64,000 nucleotides of DNA, from IMG/VR virus record IMGVR_UViG_3300011008_000014. One strand, written 5' to 3'. This DNA is from an uncultured virus (IMG/VR IMGVR_UViG_3300011008_000014). Its lineage: Duplodnaviria; Heunggongvirae; Uroviricota; Caudoviricetes. A model generated the notes under the pieces. It was given only the letters and a program-made list of their open reading frames with translations, made no database searches and had not been told where the DNA came from. Shown piece after piece: positions 31,858 to 42,351 of the stretch. The position numbers and the translations under genes were made by a program. Every line of letters begins with the position of its first letter. Position 1 is the first letter of the stretch.

Positions 31858-32174
31858 AAGGCAGAACGAAGAAAGAACGGCGGGCTATCGGAAAGTTAGT
31901 CCGCTGGATTCGCAAACAGCAGAAAAGGGGCTATGACCGATTCTTGTATAACAAATTCAGTCAAAGAGTAATAGCCGCCAAGTCAAAGGATGTTCCGACG
32001 ATGGGCGAGTTAAGGATGATGCCTTACACGCCCGAACATGATGACTCTGTGATGGCATTTGCCACGATGATGTATGCTGATAAGATTATTGCGGAAAGCA
32101 AGGAGTCGGCTTATGCCATACCTGTAATTAGCAACGTAGACCAAATATATACGCTTCATGTGAATGGTGAATAA
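31854..32174 (+). CDS. Small protein ending in a copy of the major capsid protein C-terminus
   Basis: AYAIPVISNVDQIYTL versus capsid AMAVPVVHNVDQIYTL. Confidence 0.7.
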   Translation: MKGRTKKERRAIGKLVRWIRKQQKRGYDRFLYNKFSQRVIAAKSKDVPTMGELRMMPYTPEHDDSVMAFATMMYADKIIAESKESAYAIPVISNVDQIYTLHVNGE

Positions 32175-32183
32175 AAAGACGGT

Positions 32184-32801
32184 ATGATGTATAAGACTAT
32201 CAAAGACAGATTGCTGCTGGGTGATACAGGCCAATCGGAATATGTTGGCATCAATATTGCCATGCTGCCAAGGCATGATAACTATTTGCTTACTCCGCTT
32301 GATGCGTCCGTATGGATGACGGAAGAAGAAATGGCAAAGCAAGAATGGCTGGAGAAAGGCAATGTCACCTGTACGGATAAGACTATCGAAGAATTGTTGC
32401 TGGAAAGTGCATCGGAGGCGGTGAGCAACTATTATCGCGGCCTGCTATGCGTATTTGAATATTCTGATGCAGAAAGCATTCTGTATCTGCCGTTGAAAGA
32501 GCAATGGTACAGGATGATTGAAAGCGGAATCAAGACCGAGGAATATCGGGAAATCAACAAGCACTGGTGCAAGCGGCTGGTTCGCTATATGTATCTGCCC
32601 GACAGGATGGAATTTGCACCTATGGCCTTTATGAAGTCATATACGCATGTCGAGTTTTCCTTGGGTTATCCGAAGCGGGATGACTGGTCGCGGCGAATGC
32701 GGTTTGAAATATCCAATATCTCAATGGGCAGGGGTGAATCCGAATGGGGAGCACCCGATAAGGATGTGTTCAAGATAGAATTAGGCGAAAGGATAAAATA
32801 G
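32184..32801 (+). CDS. ASCH/PUA-like domain protein
   Basis: LYLPLK.QWY.MI.SG.KTEEYRE....W..RL...V.F..GY. Confidence 0.75.
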   Translation: MMYKTIKDRLLLGDTGQSEYVGINIAMLPRHDNYLLTPLDASVWMTEEEMAKQEWLEKGNVTCTDKTIEELLLESASEAVSNYYRGLLCVFEYSDAESILYLPLKEQWYRMIESGIKTEEYREINKHWCKRLVRYMYLPDRMEFAPMAFMKSYTHVEFSLGYPKRDDWSRRMRFEISNISMGRGESEWGAPDKDVFKIELGERIK

Positions 32802-32823
32802 GGAGTGTGCGGAAGTGTACTCC

Positions 32824-33132
32824 CTATTTTGCAAGTTCGACTTTCACGGTTGAATCATCAGCCTTGACGAGTCGCAGTTGTTCATTACAGGCGGGACATT
32901 TCACAAGGCTGGAATCTTTCTCCTTGTAGTCGGCGAAAAGTTCTGCCATCGTAACGCCCAAGGCATCGGCAAGTTCTTTCAGCTTATCAAGAGAAACGCT
33001 GCCGCGTTCACTTACAATACCGTTGATGTATTGCGGTGTGACGGGTTCGCCCTTTGAATTTTTGATGCGCTTTGCCAGTTCTACGCCTGTAAGCCCTTTT
33101 TCTTTCAAAATTTCTTTGATTCTAAAGTACAT
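32824..33132 (-). CDS. XRE-family HTH regulator with C-terminal Zn-ribbon-like motif
   Basis: RIKEILKEKGLT..ELA...SLDKL..LADALGV...ELF, CPAC; minus-strand promoter TATCTTTG at about 33160-33167. Confidence 0.88.
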   Translation of the reverse strand: MYFRIKEILKEKGLTGVELAKRIKNSKGEPVTPQYINGIVSERGSVSLDKLKELADALGVTMAELFADYKEKDSSLVKCPACNEQLRLVKADDSTVKVELAK

Positions 33133-33346
33133 AACCTATTCCGTTTTACTAATTTTGTGCAAAGATACTACCTTTTTATTGAATAAAGCAATTTAATTTA
33201 TTAAATAATCTTAAAACAAGTGTTTCGGTTGAAAATACTCACGAAAATATTTGGTAGTTCTGAAAATAATCACTATCTTTGCAACAGATTTAAGAACAAA
33301 ACCATTTAGAACAGAAGAGCCGACTGGTCAAACAGGCACAGAGAAT

Positions 33347-36300
33347 ATGGATAAGCAGCAAGTTAAGGCAATAGCCAACGAAATGATGAATCAGTTAGGT
33401 GGTAGCAAGTTTCGCTTCATGGTAGGCGTTAAGATGGCCGTATATGACTGCAAGGGCGGTAATGTTATTCTTTCTATGAATATAGGCAGAAACAAGACCT
33501 CTGCCAACTTCTTCAAGTTGATTTATGACTCGGCAATGGATTCATACGTCATGCAGCTGGTTCGCAGAACTACAAGCCGCAAGACCTTTGAGACCGTCGA
33601 GAAACTGGTCGATGAGCGTAAGGGCGTTTATTGCGACATGGTGCGCAGCACGTTCACTGAAATGACAGGATTATATACCCGCTTGTAATATGGCACAGAC
33701 AAGACCAAACAGGATGCACTACAGGCAGAATAAGGGGATGGGGCGAAATACCCCCCCCCAATTCTGTAAAGTTCGACGTGATGCTGGGTGACAGGTTCGT
33801 GTGTACGATGACGATGGCACTTGGGCTGGAACATTTGAAAGGCTATGACGGCGACAAGCCGATATTTGAAATGCCATTCAGTTCGCTCCTTGAGTATGTA
33901 GAACAGAAAAGGCCGTCGCTGGCTGGTAAGAAATATCATATAGAGTTTGTGACAAAAGAAACGAAAGAGCTATGGCGACAATAGGAATAACCGATGCGGA
34001 ACTTAGGGAGATTGTCAGAAGGAGTCAGTCTGAACGCTACGACTACCCCGACATCTTCAATGATGACTGCGGGCTGGATTTGACGGGATATAATGGCCTG
34101 TTTCATGCTGTGCCTTCATGGGGTCATCGTAAGACCAACACCCTGCGGCGTATAACGCTGGAAATAACGACGTACAGGGGTATTTCTGCAAATGCCATTC
34201 ACTTTTACGGTAAACTGGAGGTGCAGGGCGTTTCGATGGCATACAACAAAGAGACGTATGACTACGACAGGAAAGCAGAATCGGAATGGGAGCGCAAAAA
34301 CCCCAATTCACAATATTTTTATAGGCTGAATCTGATGCGGCCAGTGACACAGGCAGACCTCGATGCAGACAAGAATGCACGATGCCCTGCCGATGTTCAT
34401 TTTGAATGGGCAGAAGTCGGCGATTTGACAGGCCGATGGAACACCATAGACGAACTGGTCGGATTTGCGACAAAGGTAGTCAAGGCTCGTTTCAAGGGCA
34501 AATGGGCTTTCTATGTCAAGAAGGTATGGCAAACAGGGCTTGAACGAATTATAATCTGACAATGGCGAATATAAAGAAACTGGCAAGGGGCGTGGAATAC
34601 TACCCCGACACAGATAGATTGCTTCTGATTATCTGCCCGAAATGCGGGCGCGAGAATTGGGGCGTACAGGTAGCCAGCGGCGTTTGCGCGTGGTGTGGCT
34701 ACAACGGAAGGGAACTTTTAAGCAATGAACAATCAAATAAAGAAAACAATGAGACAGACATTAGATGAGGCCGCAAAGCTGTATGCAGATGCCCATCCGA
34801 CATGCGGACTGGCCGAAACGACATTCAAGGAGGGCGCAATGTGGGAACGTAAGAACAGATGGGTCGATGCTACGAAGGAGCAGCCCGAATCGGATATTGT
34901 GCTGGCGCGTGTCATGCCTAAAGACGAGGTGCGCGTGGTGCAGGTTGTTGACGGACTCGATTTCAACAACGGCACGGAAAGCCGCAAGTTTATCATTGAA
35001 GGCGGCGAGATGGTTACTCACTGGATGGATATACCAACTTTTTGAAATATGAAGCGAAGAATCTATAAATGCGAGGTCATCTTGAATGATGATGGCACTA
35101 TCAAAGTTACCAGCTATGCAAACAGGCTTTTGCATTATGGTGTGCTGGCTGCGCTGAATAAGGCCGTGCATGAAGCAGCCGATGAACTGAACGGGAAAGC
35201 CCCGTGGCGCAAGAAGTACATCAGATTCACCCATGACGGCAAGACCTACCAGCAGACCGAGCGGAAGGGTAAGATGTGCTGCGATGGATGTTGCTTTCGT
35301 AAGGGTAGAGACTGCAAGCACCCTTACTATGGCCAAGGAACGGACTATTCAAAGGGCAGTTGTGACAACATGATATACAGACGTGTGAAATGATGAAGAG
35401 AATCTATATATCGGGCAAAATCAATGGCCTGCCGCCCATGTATTCGCAGATGCTTTTTGAACGTGCAGAAAAGCAGCTGGAGGCACAGGGATATATACCA
35501 GTGAATCCGTGGAAGCTGCCAAAGGACGGCTGCAAGGCATTCGACGATTACATGATGGTTGACTTGGATGAGTTGCGCAAGTGTGATGGCATCTACATGC
35601 TGGCAAACTGGCTTGAAAGCAACGGCGCACATGTAGAATACTATTTCGCAAGGGGCATGGAAGCGGAAGGCAATGATTTTGAAATCCTGTTTGAGCCGTC
35701 GTGTGAAAGCTGCATACACTGTGAAGGTAAGAAATGTAAACTGCGCAACTTTTTATTTGTCGGCAAACTGGATAGCTGTGAGCAACATGAATGTAGAACT
35801 AAATCAAAATAATTATGGTAGAATATGGAAGCAATGAACCCGTAAAGGGGCAGGTAGAAATCGACGGTGCGAAGATTGAGACCTTTGCACAGGAGATAGT
35901 AAGTGCGAATATTATCACGGTGGAAGTCGGCACGACTGGCCATTGTGGTGGTGACAGCGGACATGGTGGCAGAACCTACCTCCGCATCAAGGATGAAGCC
36001 AGTACCGATATGAGGGTAAAGACTGAGGGCTTTTCAGTTGACGAGCAGCTTTATAATGAAGTGGAAATCAACGATGCCAAATATGTTGAAATTGTATTTG
36101 GCGGTGATTGTGAACTTGATACCTTCATTGCAGCACTGGAGTTTGCAGCCGAAACGCTGAAAAAGCAGACTGGAGGCACATACACGATGAGCAACAAGGA
36201 AAAGAAGCAAGACAATTTCAGAAATTATCTGAATGAAGTCGTTAGGCTTTATGCCAAGAATGGCAATCTGAACGGAATGAGCGCGATTCAGAAACGTCAT

Positions 36301-39105
36301 CATGTATCGGCTATCACCAAGACGCAGTTCTTTGAGTGCGGACTGGATGAAGCCGCCAAGCGGAATGCCTATCTTGACCAAGATTTCTGTAACAAGGTGT
36401 ATGACTATGTGCTGAACCGTGCAAAGGGCATACCAGCACCGAAATACAAGGCAGAATGAAAACGATTCTGAAATACGAACTCAAGGCACAGAGTAATGTC
36501 GTGCAGAAAGTGACGATGCCGAAGGGTTATAGAATCCTGTCGGTGGAAAACCTTCTGCCAACAATCTGCATCTTTGCCGAAATAGAATTAGGCGAGGATG
36601 ACTTTGAAGATGCCAAATTCATCATGTATGAGGAGCGTCAGATGATGCGCGGCCAACTTGAATACATCGGTACGGTGCGGACGTTGGATAACAGGTGGTT
36701 TCATGTCTATCAAAAACTGGATTAAGTATGGAAACAATAACAATGAATAACAGAAACGGCGTTTGCCTGTCTGTATATGAACTTTACAACAAAGACCAAA
36801 TGAAGGTTGCCCGTGTCATTCTGACTGGCGACGGCTATTTCTTTGTATGGTCGGAATGGGGGAACTATGCCTATTACTGGCCGAAATGCGGCGACATAAG
36901 AAATTTCATCATGGGGATTGGCAAGGATTACTTCGCAAACAAGATGATGCACAGCGTGGCTGACATCTATGACTTTGAAAAGGCAAAGATGATGACCAGC
37001 CTGTTTGCTGAAAACGTGTTGCCGTTGCTACAGGAGGCCGTCAGAATCGAAATGCGGAACGAGGAACTGAACGGCAAGCGTCTGAATGAACTTGAGCCTG
37101 TCTTTGTGGAGTTTGTACCGCATCAACTGGAAGCTGGGAAACTGTATATTTCGGAGCGGTTTCAAACGACATCCCATCTTTGCCCCTGCGGGTGTCAAGA
37201 TTTGGTGGTGATGCCGATTAACAAGAAACACGGCTGGAACATGACAAAGAAGGATGGCAAGGTTACTATGCGCCCGTCGGTGGGTAACTTTCAATATCCC
37301 TGCAAGTCGCATTACTATATAACTGAAAATAAAATTGAATGGCTATGAATGTAGATAGTGTCAATGTAAGAGAGAAGGTAACGATTGGGGAACTGAACCC
37401 GTTCAATATGGGTGTGCCAGTGCTGGTTATTGGCAATCGCGGTTTCTTCAATGAATGGCAACCAACTAATTTAATAGACGAGTAGATTATGGAAACGAAA
37501 AGAACTCAAGAAGAAATTGATGACCTGTTCGACCGCTGCGTTGAATCAGAGAACAGAAACGAAAGTGCTTATGGTGGGATGACCTATGAGCAAGGTGTCA
37601 AGGCAACTCTTGACTGGTTGTTTAACGACATGGAACATCCATTGGACGATGAATAAGAATGCGAGTAAAACGTCGGGGGCTGCATCTGTTTATTTCTATG
37701 GTGCATACTACAGTCAAAGAAACGATGCTTCGCCTTTTGACAGTAAGGCGATGGCCGATAAGATAATCGAATCGGTAAGGAAGATAACAGATAAAATGTG
37801 TAACTATGGCAAAAAGTAAAGACTGTGTACTGGATGGCTATGTCGTAAGACAGCCGAATGGTGATTTGTATGTGTTTTCAGAAGAGCCGTATTATAATGG
37901 TGAACTGGAAAACTGGGGAACGGCAATAGACGAGTATATTGAATTGGACTGCTGCGATAAGTCGATGTTTGCAGGGTTGAGTTTTGCCGACGAACCTGTA
38001 GAAGTGCAGATTGTGATAAAAAAGAAGTATGCCAAGGCTGGCAATGATGCTGAGAATGGCATTGAACTTATTGCAGCGGAGCGAAAGCGTCAGATTGAAG
38101 AAGAAGGATTCGACGCAAAGCATGACCACGAACACAGGAAGGATGCCCTCGCTATCGCTGGAGGTATTTACGCTATGCCCGAAAAGGCAAGGCTGTTTAC
38201 AAGCTACGGAAAAGACGGTGACAAAGAGAACTATTACCCGCTTCTTTGGCCGTTTGACCCCAAGACGTATAAGCCCGCACCCGATGACCGTAAACGGGAA
38301 CTTGTAAAGGCTGGTGCATTGATAGCGGCTGAAATAGACCGTCTGATTGAAGAAGAGAATTTTGAAAAGTGGAAAGCAGAACAAAAAGAGGAGGACTGAT
38401 TATGTGTGACTGTGTAGCAAAGATTAAAGCCGAACTGTGCCAGCAATATGGCGTTGGCGGCGTTGAGAAAGTAACGCATGATGGCCGTATATATGTGACT
38501 GGATGGTTCAAGCCGAAAACGAAAAGCGGGAACTATTCAAAGCATCACAGGTATATCAGTTTGGATGACAAAGTGAAATTCTGCCCGTTCTGTGGGAAGC
38601 CTTACGATAAAGAATAGAAGATTATGAGAAAAAGTATTGGGTTGATGGCGGCAATGATGATGGCCGCTGCTGCTGGTAATCCGTATTTTGCCACTGGAGC
38701 ACCACGGCGAAGCTATGGCGGTGGCAGACGCGAACTGACCGAAGAGGAAAAGGCGCGGAATCATCAGATGTACGGTGTGAACATGACCGAGCATGAGTTT
38801 GTAATCCACGGTGAGAAGATTATGGCGCGTAACAAGAAAACGGCCATGAAAATCTATGCCAACCGCCACAAAAAGAAATAAGTATGGAAAGACCTGTCGG
38901 AAGCAAGTTTGTCTGTGACGGCATCAATCTGAAAGTGGTTGAAGCCGAATCATTCTGCCGTGGATGCTACTTTCACGGAAAGTTTATCAAGCGCAAGATG
39001 CAGTGTGGCATTGCCAGCACAAAGGCCGTCATCGGCGAGTGTGGAGGTGGACGTACTGACGGAAAGCGCGTAGTGTTCAGAAGGGATTTATCTAAATTTG
39101 AATAG
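33347..39105 (+). other. Run of accessory CDSs including 33347-33688, frameshifted 33690-33984, 33972-34559, 35390-35812 (DUF4406-like), 35815-36459, 36456-36725, 36728-37348 (C-terminal DUF6527-like), 37806-38399, 38624-38881, 38884-39105
   Basis: Abutting ORFs; RIYISG.I.G..NP..CDGIYML..W..S.GA..E; HLCPCGC...PSVGN...C.SHY.I. Confidence 0.7.
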
Positions 39106-39107
39106 TT

Positions 39108-40040
39108 ATGGGAAAAATAATTTATCAACCATCGGGAGCGGCACGGGAATACGCTCCTTGGGCGGCAAACATCTTTGTCGGGTGTTCAAACGATTGCGTG
39201 TACTGCTATTGCAAGAAAGGTGTTTTGGGGCATGGCATGGGGCAGGCCATACCGCAGTTGAAGAAACCGTTTCAAGTGGATTCAGACCCTGTTTATGGTG
39301 GAACGGCGCATAGCAGGATGATGGATTTCATCGTGGGATGTAACAAGGCCGTGATTGTCTATAAGCGTGAACTGGAACGCTATCGGCAGAAGATTCTCGC
39401 CGATGGCAGGGGTATTTTCTTCACGTTCAGCAGTGACCCGTGCTTGCAGAAGCCCGTAGATACCTTTGAGACGTTCATGCGCTGTGCGCTGTATGCCTTG
39501 GGATGCGACGAGAAAGGCGAGCGGTTCAATGACTTAGACCCCATACCCGTAACCATACTGACGAAGCGCACGGAATGGACGAAGGGGATTGGCGGCTATC
39601 GTCTGATGAAGGCTGGCGGCAGAAACCTGTGTGTGGGATTCACCTTGACAGGCAGGGATGACCTTGAGCCGAATGCCAGCCCGAACATGGAGCGTGTGGA
39701 AGCCATGCGGAAGTGCCATGAGTTCGGTGTACGCACATTCGCGTCGGTTGAGCCTGTGATAGACTTGGATGAGTCGCTGGAGATGATAAAGGCCACCTTG
39801 GGATTCTGCGATGAATACAAGATAGGTTTGGAAAGCGGCACGAAGCATAACAAGAAGCCCATCACGCTTGACGGTATCGTGCAGTTCGTCGATGACGTTC
39901 AGAAGGTCGTTGCAGAGAAAGCACCCAAAGCGAAGATATACTGGAAGGACAGCATCACAAAGAAGGTCGATGGCCTTGTGAAGTACTCCGAGCAGGTGGT
40001 GGATGCCAGTTATAACATCTTTGCGGAAGGAGTAAAATAA
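39108..40040 (+). CDS. Radical SAM protein
   Basis: GCSNDCVYCY (CxxxCxxC), ILTK, ASVEPVID. Confidence 0.9.
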   Translation: MGKIIYQPSGAAREYAPWAANIFVGCSNDCVYCYCKKGVLGHGMGQAIPQLKKPFQVDSDPVYGGTAHSRMMDFIVGCNKAVIVYKRELERYRQKILADGRGIFFTFSSDPCLQKPVDTFETFMRCALYALGCDEKGERFNDLDPIPVTILTKRTEWTKGIGGYRLMKAGGRNLCVGFTLTGRDDLEPNASPNMERVEAMRKCHEFGVRTFASVEPVIDLDESLEMIKATLGFCDEYKIGLESGTKHNKKPITLDGIVQFVDDVQKVVAEKAPKAKIYWKDSITKKVDGLVKYSEQVVDASYNIFAEGVK

Positions 40041-40157
40041 ATTTATTTGCTTTATTTTTCTGCAAAAAGTTTGGTAGTTTCAGATATTTTACGTACCTTT
40101 GCATCAACAGAATCATTTAGACCTGCAACCGACAGGATAAAGACTGGTGCAGTGCTT

Positions 40158-40364
40158 ATGTACTATGTATTAAGAAACGAAGAATGGGGATGTATTTGTG
40201 ACTGCCCGACATTTGACAACAGGCAGGATGCAGAAAACGAGGCCGATGGCAAATGCCGGAGGCACAGTGTCGTTGAAACAAACCGTGCAGACCCTTGCAG
40301 ACCGATGAAGCCGATAGACCAATGCAGGCGATGCCCGCGATGGGTGAAGTATAAAGCAAGATAA
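40158..40364 (+). CDS. Small Cys-rich protein behind leader copy 5
   Basis: ATG 9 nt after the leader motif. Confidence 0.6.
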   Translation: MYYVLRNEEWGCICDCPTFDNRQDAENEADGKCRRHSVVETNRADPCRPMKPIDQCRRCPRWVKYKAR

Positions 40365-40494
40365 TTGCATTACGGAAGCAAAAAGGCTGCAAAAACAGCG
40401 CGAATCTTTCACAAAAAGCAAATGTGAAACATAAAGACGGCCAAAAGAAAGATTACCGTCTGATTATGCCTAACTTTGCCGATGAAGTGAAAAT

Positions 40495-40568
40495 CGCGGG
40501 TTGTTAGCAGTTGGTAGCTTGCCACTTTGACTTGGTGGAGGTCGCTGGTTCGAGCCCAGCACCCGCAA
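40495..40568 (+). tRNA. Initiator-type (fMet-body) tRNA with GAC (Val) anticodon
   Basis: C1xA72 mismatch, G2-C71, C3-G70, A11-U24, A73, variable loop AGGTC, T arm GCTGG-TTCGAGC-CCAGC; anticodon arm CCACT-TTGACTT-GGTGG; promoter TAACTTTG at 40471-40478. Confidence 0.85.
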
Positions 40569-40603
40569 CAATAGAATTAGTAACAATCAAATCGAAAAGA
40601 AAG

Positions 40604-40996
40604 ATGAATTTAGAAGGATTGGAAGTATTGACGCTGCAAATCAAGCGCGACAGCTTCAAGGAAATCTTAAAGGGCAGACAGAAAACGGAGCACCGCTTCG
40701 TCTACCCGCGTAACGCCAAACAGTATTTGGTGGAAAAGGACAACGGTGACGGCACATGCGATGTCGAGGTTGTGGGCTATGATGCCCTACAGCTTATCAA
40801 TGGCCGTCAGAAGGATGCACCCCGTCTGCTGGTGAAGGTCGAAGGTATCAATGTCATTCAGATGGATAACGATGAGACTGGAGAGCCGCTGACCTTCGTA
40901 GACAACGGCGAGACCTACTATGTCACGCAGATGGAATACCAACTCGGCGAAATCTTGCAGAAAGAAAACTGCGAAAGGTTCGACAACGAGGATTAG
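40604..40996 (+). CDS. ASCH/PUA-like domain protein
   Basis: LTLQIKR..F.EILKG.QKTEHR...YDALQL.NG...DAPRLLV. Confidence 0.75.
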   Translation: MNLEGLEVLTLQIKRDSFKEILKGRQKTEHRFVYPRNAKQYLVEKDNGDGTCDVEVVGYDALQLINGRQKDAPRLLVKVEGINVIQMDNDETGEPLTFVDNGETYYVTQMEYQLGEILQKENCERFDNED

Positions 40997-41051
40997 CAAG
41001 CCCATTCAGACAAGTTCACAATATGTTCAACTTCAAAAAACGATTAGCTGA

Positions 41052-41306
41052 GTCAGAAACAGAATCAATCGAATCACTGGTGTCACGTCTAACGTGAACG
41101 GTGCAGGGAACAGACGACTGGCAAACGGTGGCCGCTATGAGGCTGGCCGTGCAGGTTTCGGAACCCGTGAACAGCGTCGCCAAGACCTTCGTGTGACGTT
41201 TGCACGACAGGCTCGTCAGAACGTAGCCGCCATGCGTGCCCGTGGTGTGCGTGGCGCAGCACTCCGAAGTGCAGCCCTTCGTGCTGCCGCAGGCTCTGAG
41301 GGTTAA
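41052..41306 (+). CDS. Small Arg-rich protein, proposed GTC start (84 aa)
   Basis: Frame opens right after TGA at 41049 with GTC; no early in-frame ATG; context TAGCTGA-GTC-AG. Confidence 0.65.
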   Translation, partial: VRNRINRITGVTSNVNGAGNRRLANGGRYEAGRAGFGTREQRRQDLRVTFARQARQNVAAMRARGVRGAALRSAALRAAAGSEG

Positions 41307-41478
41307 TCCCAAAGACCGACGAACAGGCACAGGCCATCACCGTCAACATCTGATGGTGGTGGCCGTTCTGTTTAACGGAAGAGTTAAATAAAGTGAGTAA
41401 CAAGAAAATAACCCGAAAAATATTTGGTAAATCAATTTATTTGCTTTATCTTTGCACAATAAAATAGTAACAAGCGAT

Positions 41479-41676
41479 ATGGCATATACGAAACAGGAGA
41501 TAGATGACTTTCGTAGCAAGTTCTATGATGCTTTGCTGGCTGTGAAAAGCAATGGAAAGCCCTTTCTTACAGAGAAGGAGGCGCATCATATTGTAGACGG
41601 ATATACTAATGAGTCGCTGGCACAGGATATGAGGTTCAACACCCCCGAGTCGCTGGCACAAATTTTCACGATGTAG
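41479..41676 (+). CDS. Small hypothetical protein with its own promoter
   Basis: TTTGG...TATCTTTG upstream; internal ESLAQ duplication. Confidence 0.7.
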   Translation: MAYTKQEIDDFRSKFYDALLAVKSNGKPFLTEKEAHHIVDGYTNESLAQDMRFNTPESLAQIFTM

Positions 41677-41680
41677 CCGA

Positions 41681-42340
41681 GTCAGTTTACAGAAAGCAAA
41701 TCAACAGGTAGAACGCGCACTGACGCGAAAGGGTATAACCCATTCATCAACGCCGATGGAACACGCATCCCGTCGTGCGTTCAAACGTGCTCTCCGTGCT
41801 TCAAAGAGTGCCATGCGCTCAAAAGGCCGCAATCCTAACTATTGGATGGTCGATGTTCATTCTAAACGTGAATATCAAGGAATGCGGATGTATCTAACGC
41901 CCGACAAGAAATCGGGTGTCGCAATAACCAAGGATGGCAATATCACATCCTTATTCAGCAATTCTACAGAAGGAGGCCGTATGGCCAAGCTGCTGACTTT
42001 TGCCGTTGCAATGGGAGGTAGGAAACTGGACTGCTTCGGCGGCGGTCTACAGAACATGTACGCCCGATTCGGCGCAAAGGCCGTGGCACAGACTCCCTTT
42101 GATGAACAATATGCACCGAAGGGATGGGATGGACGGCATCTGCCAGTGGTGGCAATGGTGCTGCCTAAGTCTGTAGGGGCGATGATGCGGGCATACGACA
42201 GGAACAGGCGCGTGGACTTGAACAAAGTACGCGAATATCCCGATTATGATTCAATGATTGCAGCCCGTGACAGGTCTATGAACAGGGGAAGTAACACCGT
42301 GGCCGCTGCCTTGCGAACAGCATTGGGCGGCTCAAACTAA
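41681..42340 (+). CDS. GNAT-like-fold basic protein, proposed GTC start (alternative ATG at 41756)
   Basis: ITSLFS...G....LL..AV..GG.KLDCF...L..MY..FG motif; GTC is in frame 4 nt after the upstream stop, context TAGCCGA-GTC-AG. Confidence 0.65.
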   Translation, partial: VSLQKANQQVERALTRKGITHSSTPMEHASRRAFKRALRASKSAMRSKGRNPNYWMVDVHSKREYQGMRMYLTPDKKSGVAITKDGNITSLFSNSTEGGRMAKLLTFAVAMGGRKLDCFGGGLQNMYARFGAKAVAQTPFDEQYAPKGWDGRHLPVVAMVLPKSVGAMMRAYDRNRRVDLNKVREYPDYDSMIAARDRSMNRGSNTVAAALRTALGGSN

Positions 42341-42351
42341 TATATGGAACT

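Noticed and set aside
9761..34030. Other GAGTCAG occurrences (about 9761, 13250, 17148, 31135, 34022) as further GTC starts
   Set aside because: All lie inside ATG-initiated CDSs and lack the TAGCY prefix.
41023..41097. ATG-initiated short ORF with C AAA AAA C as a frameshift route into the 41052 ORF
   Set aside because: A -1 shift at that run meets TGA at 41049 before the ORF body, so it cannot supply the start.
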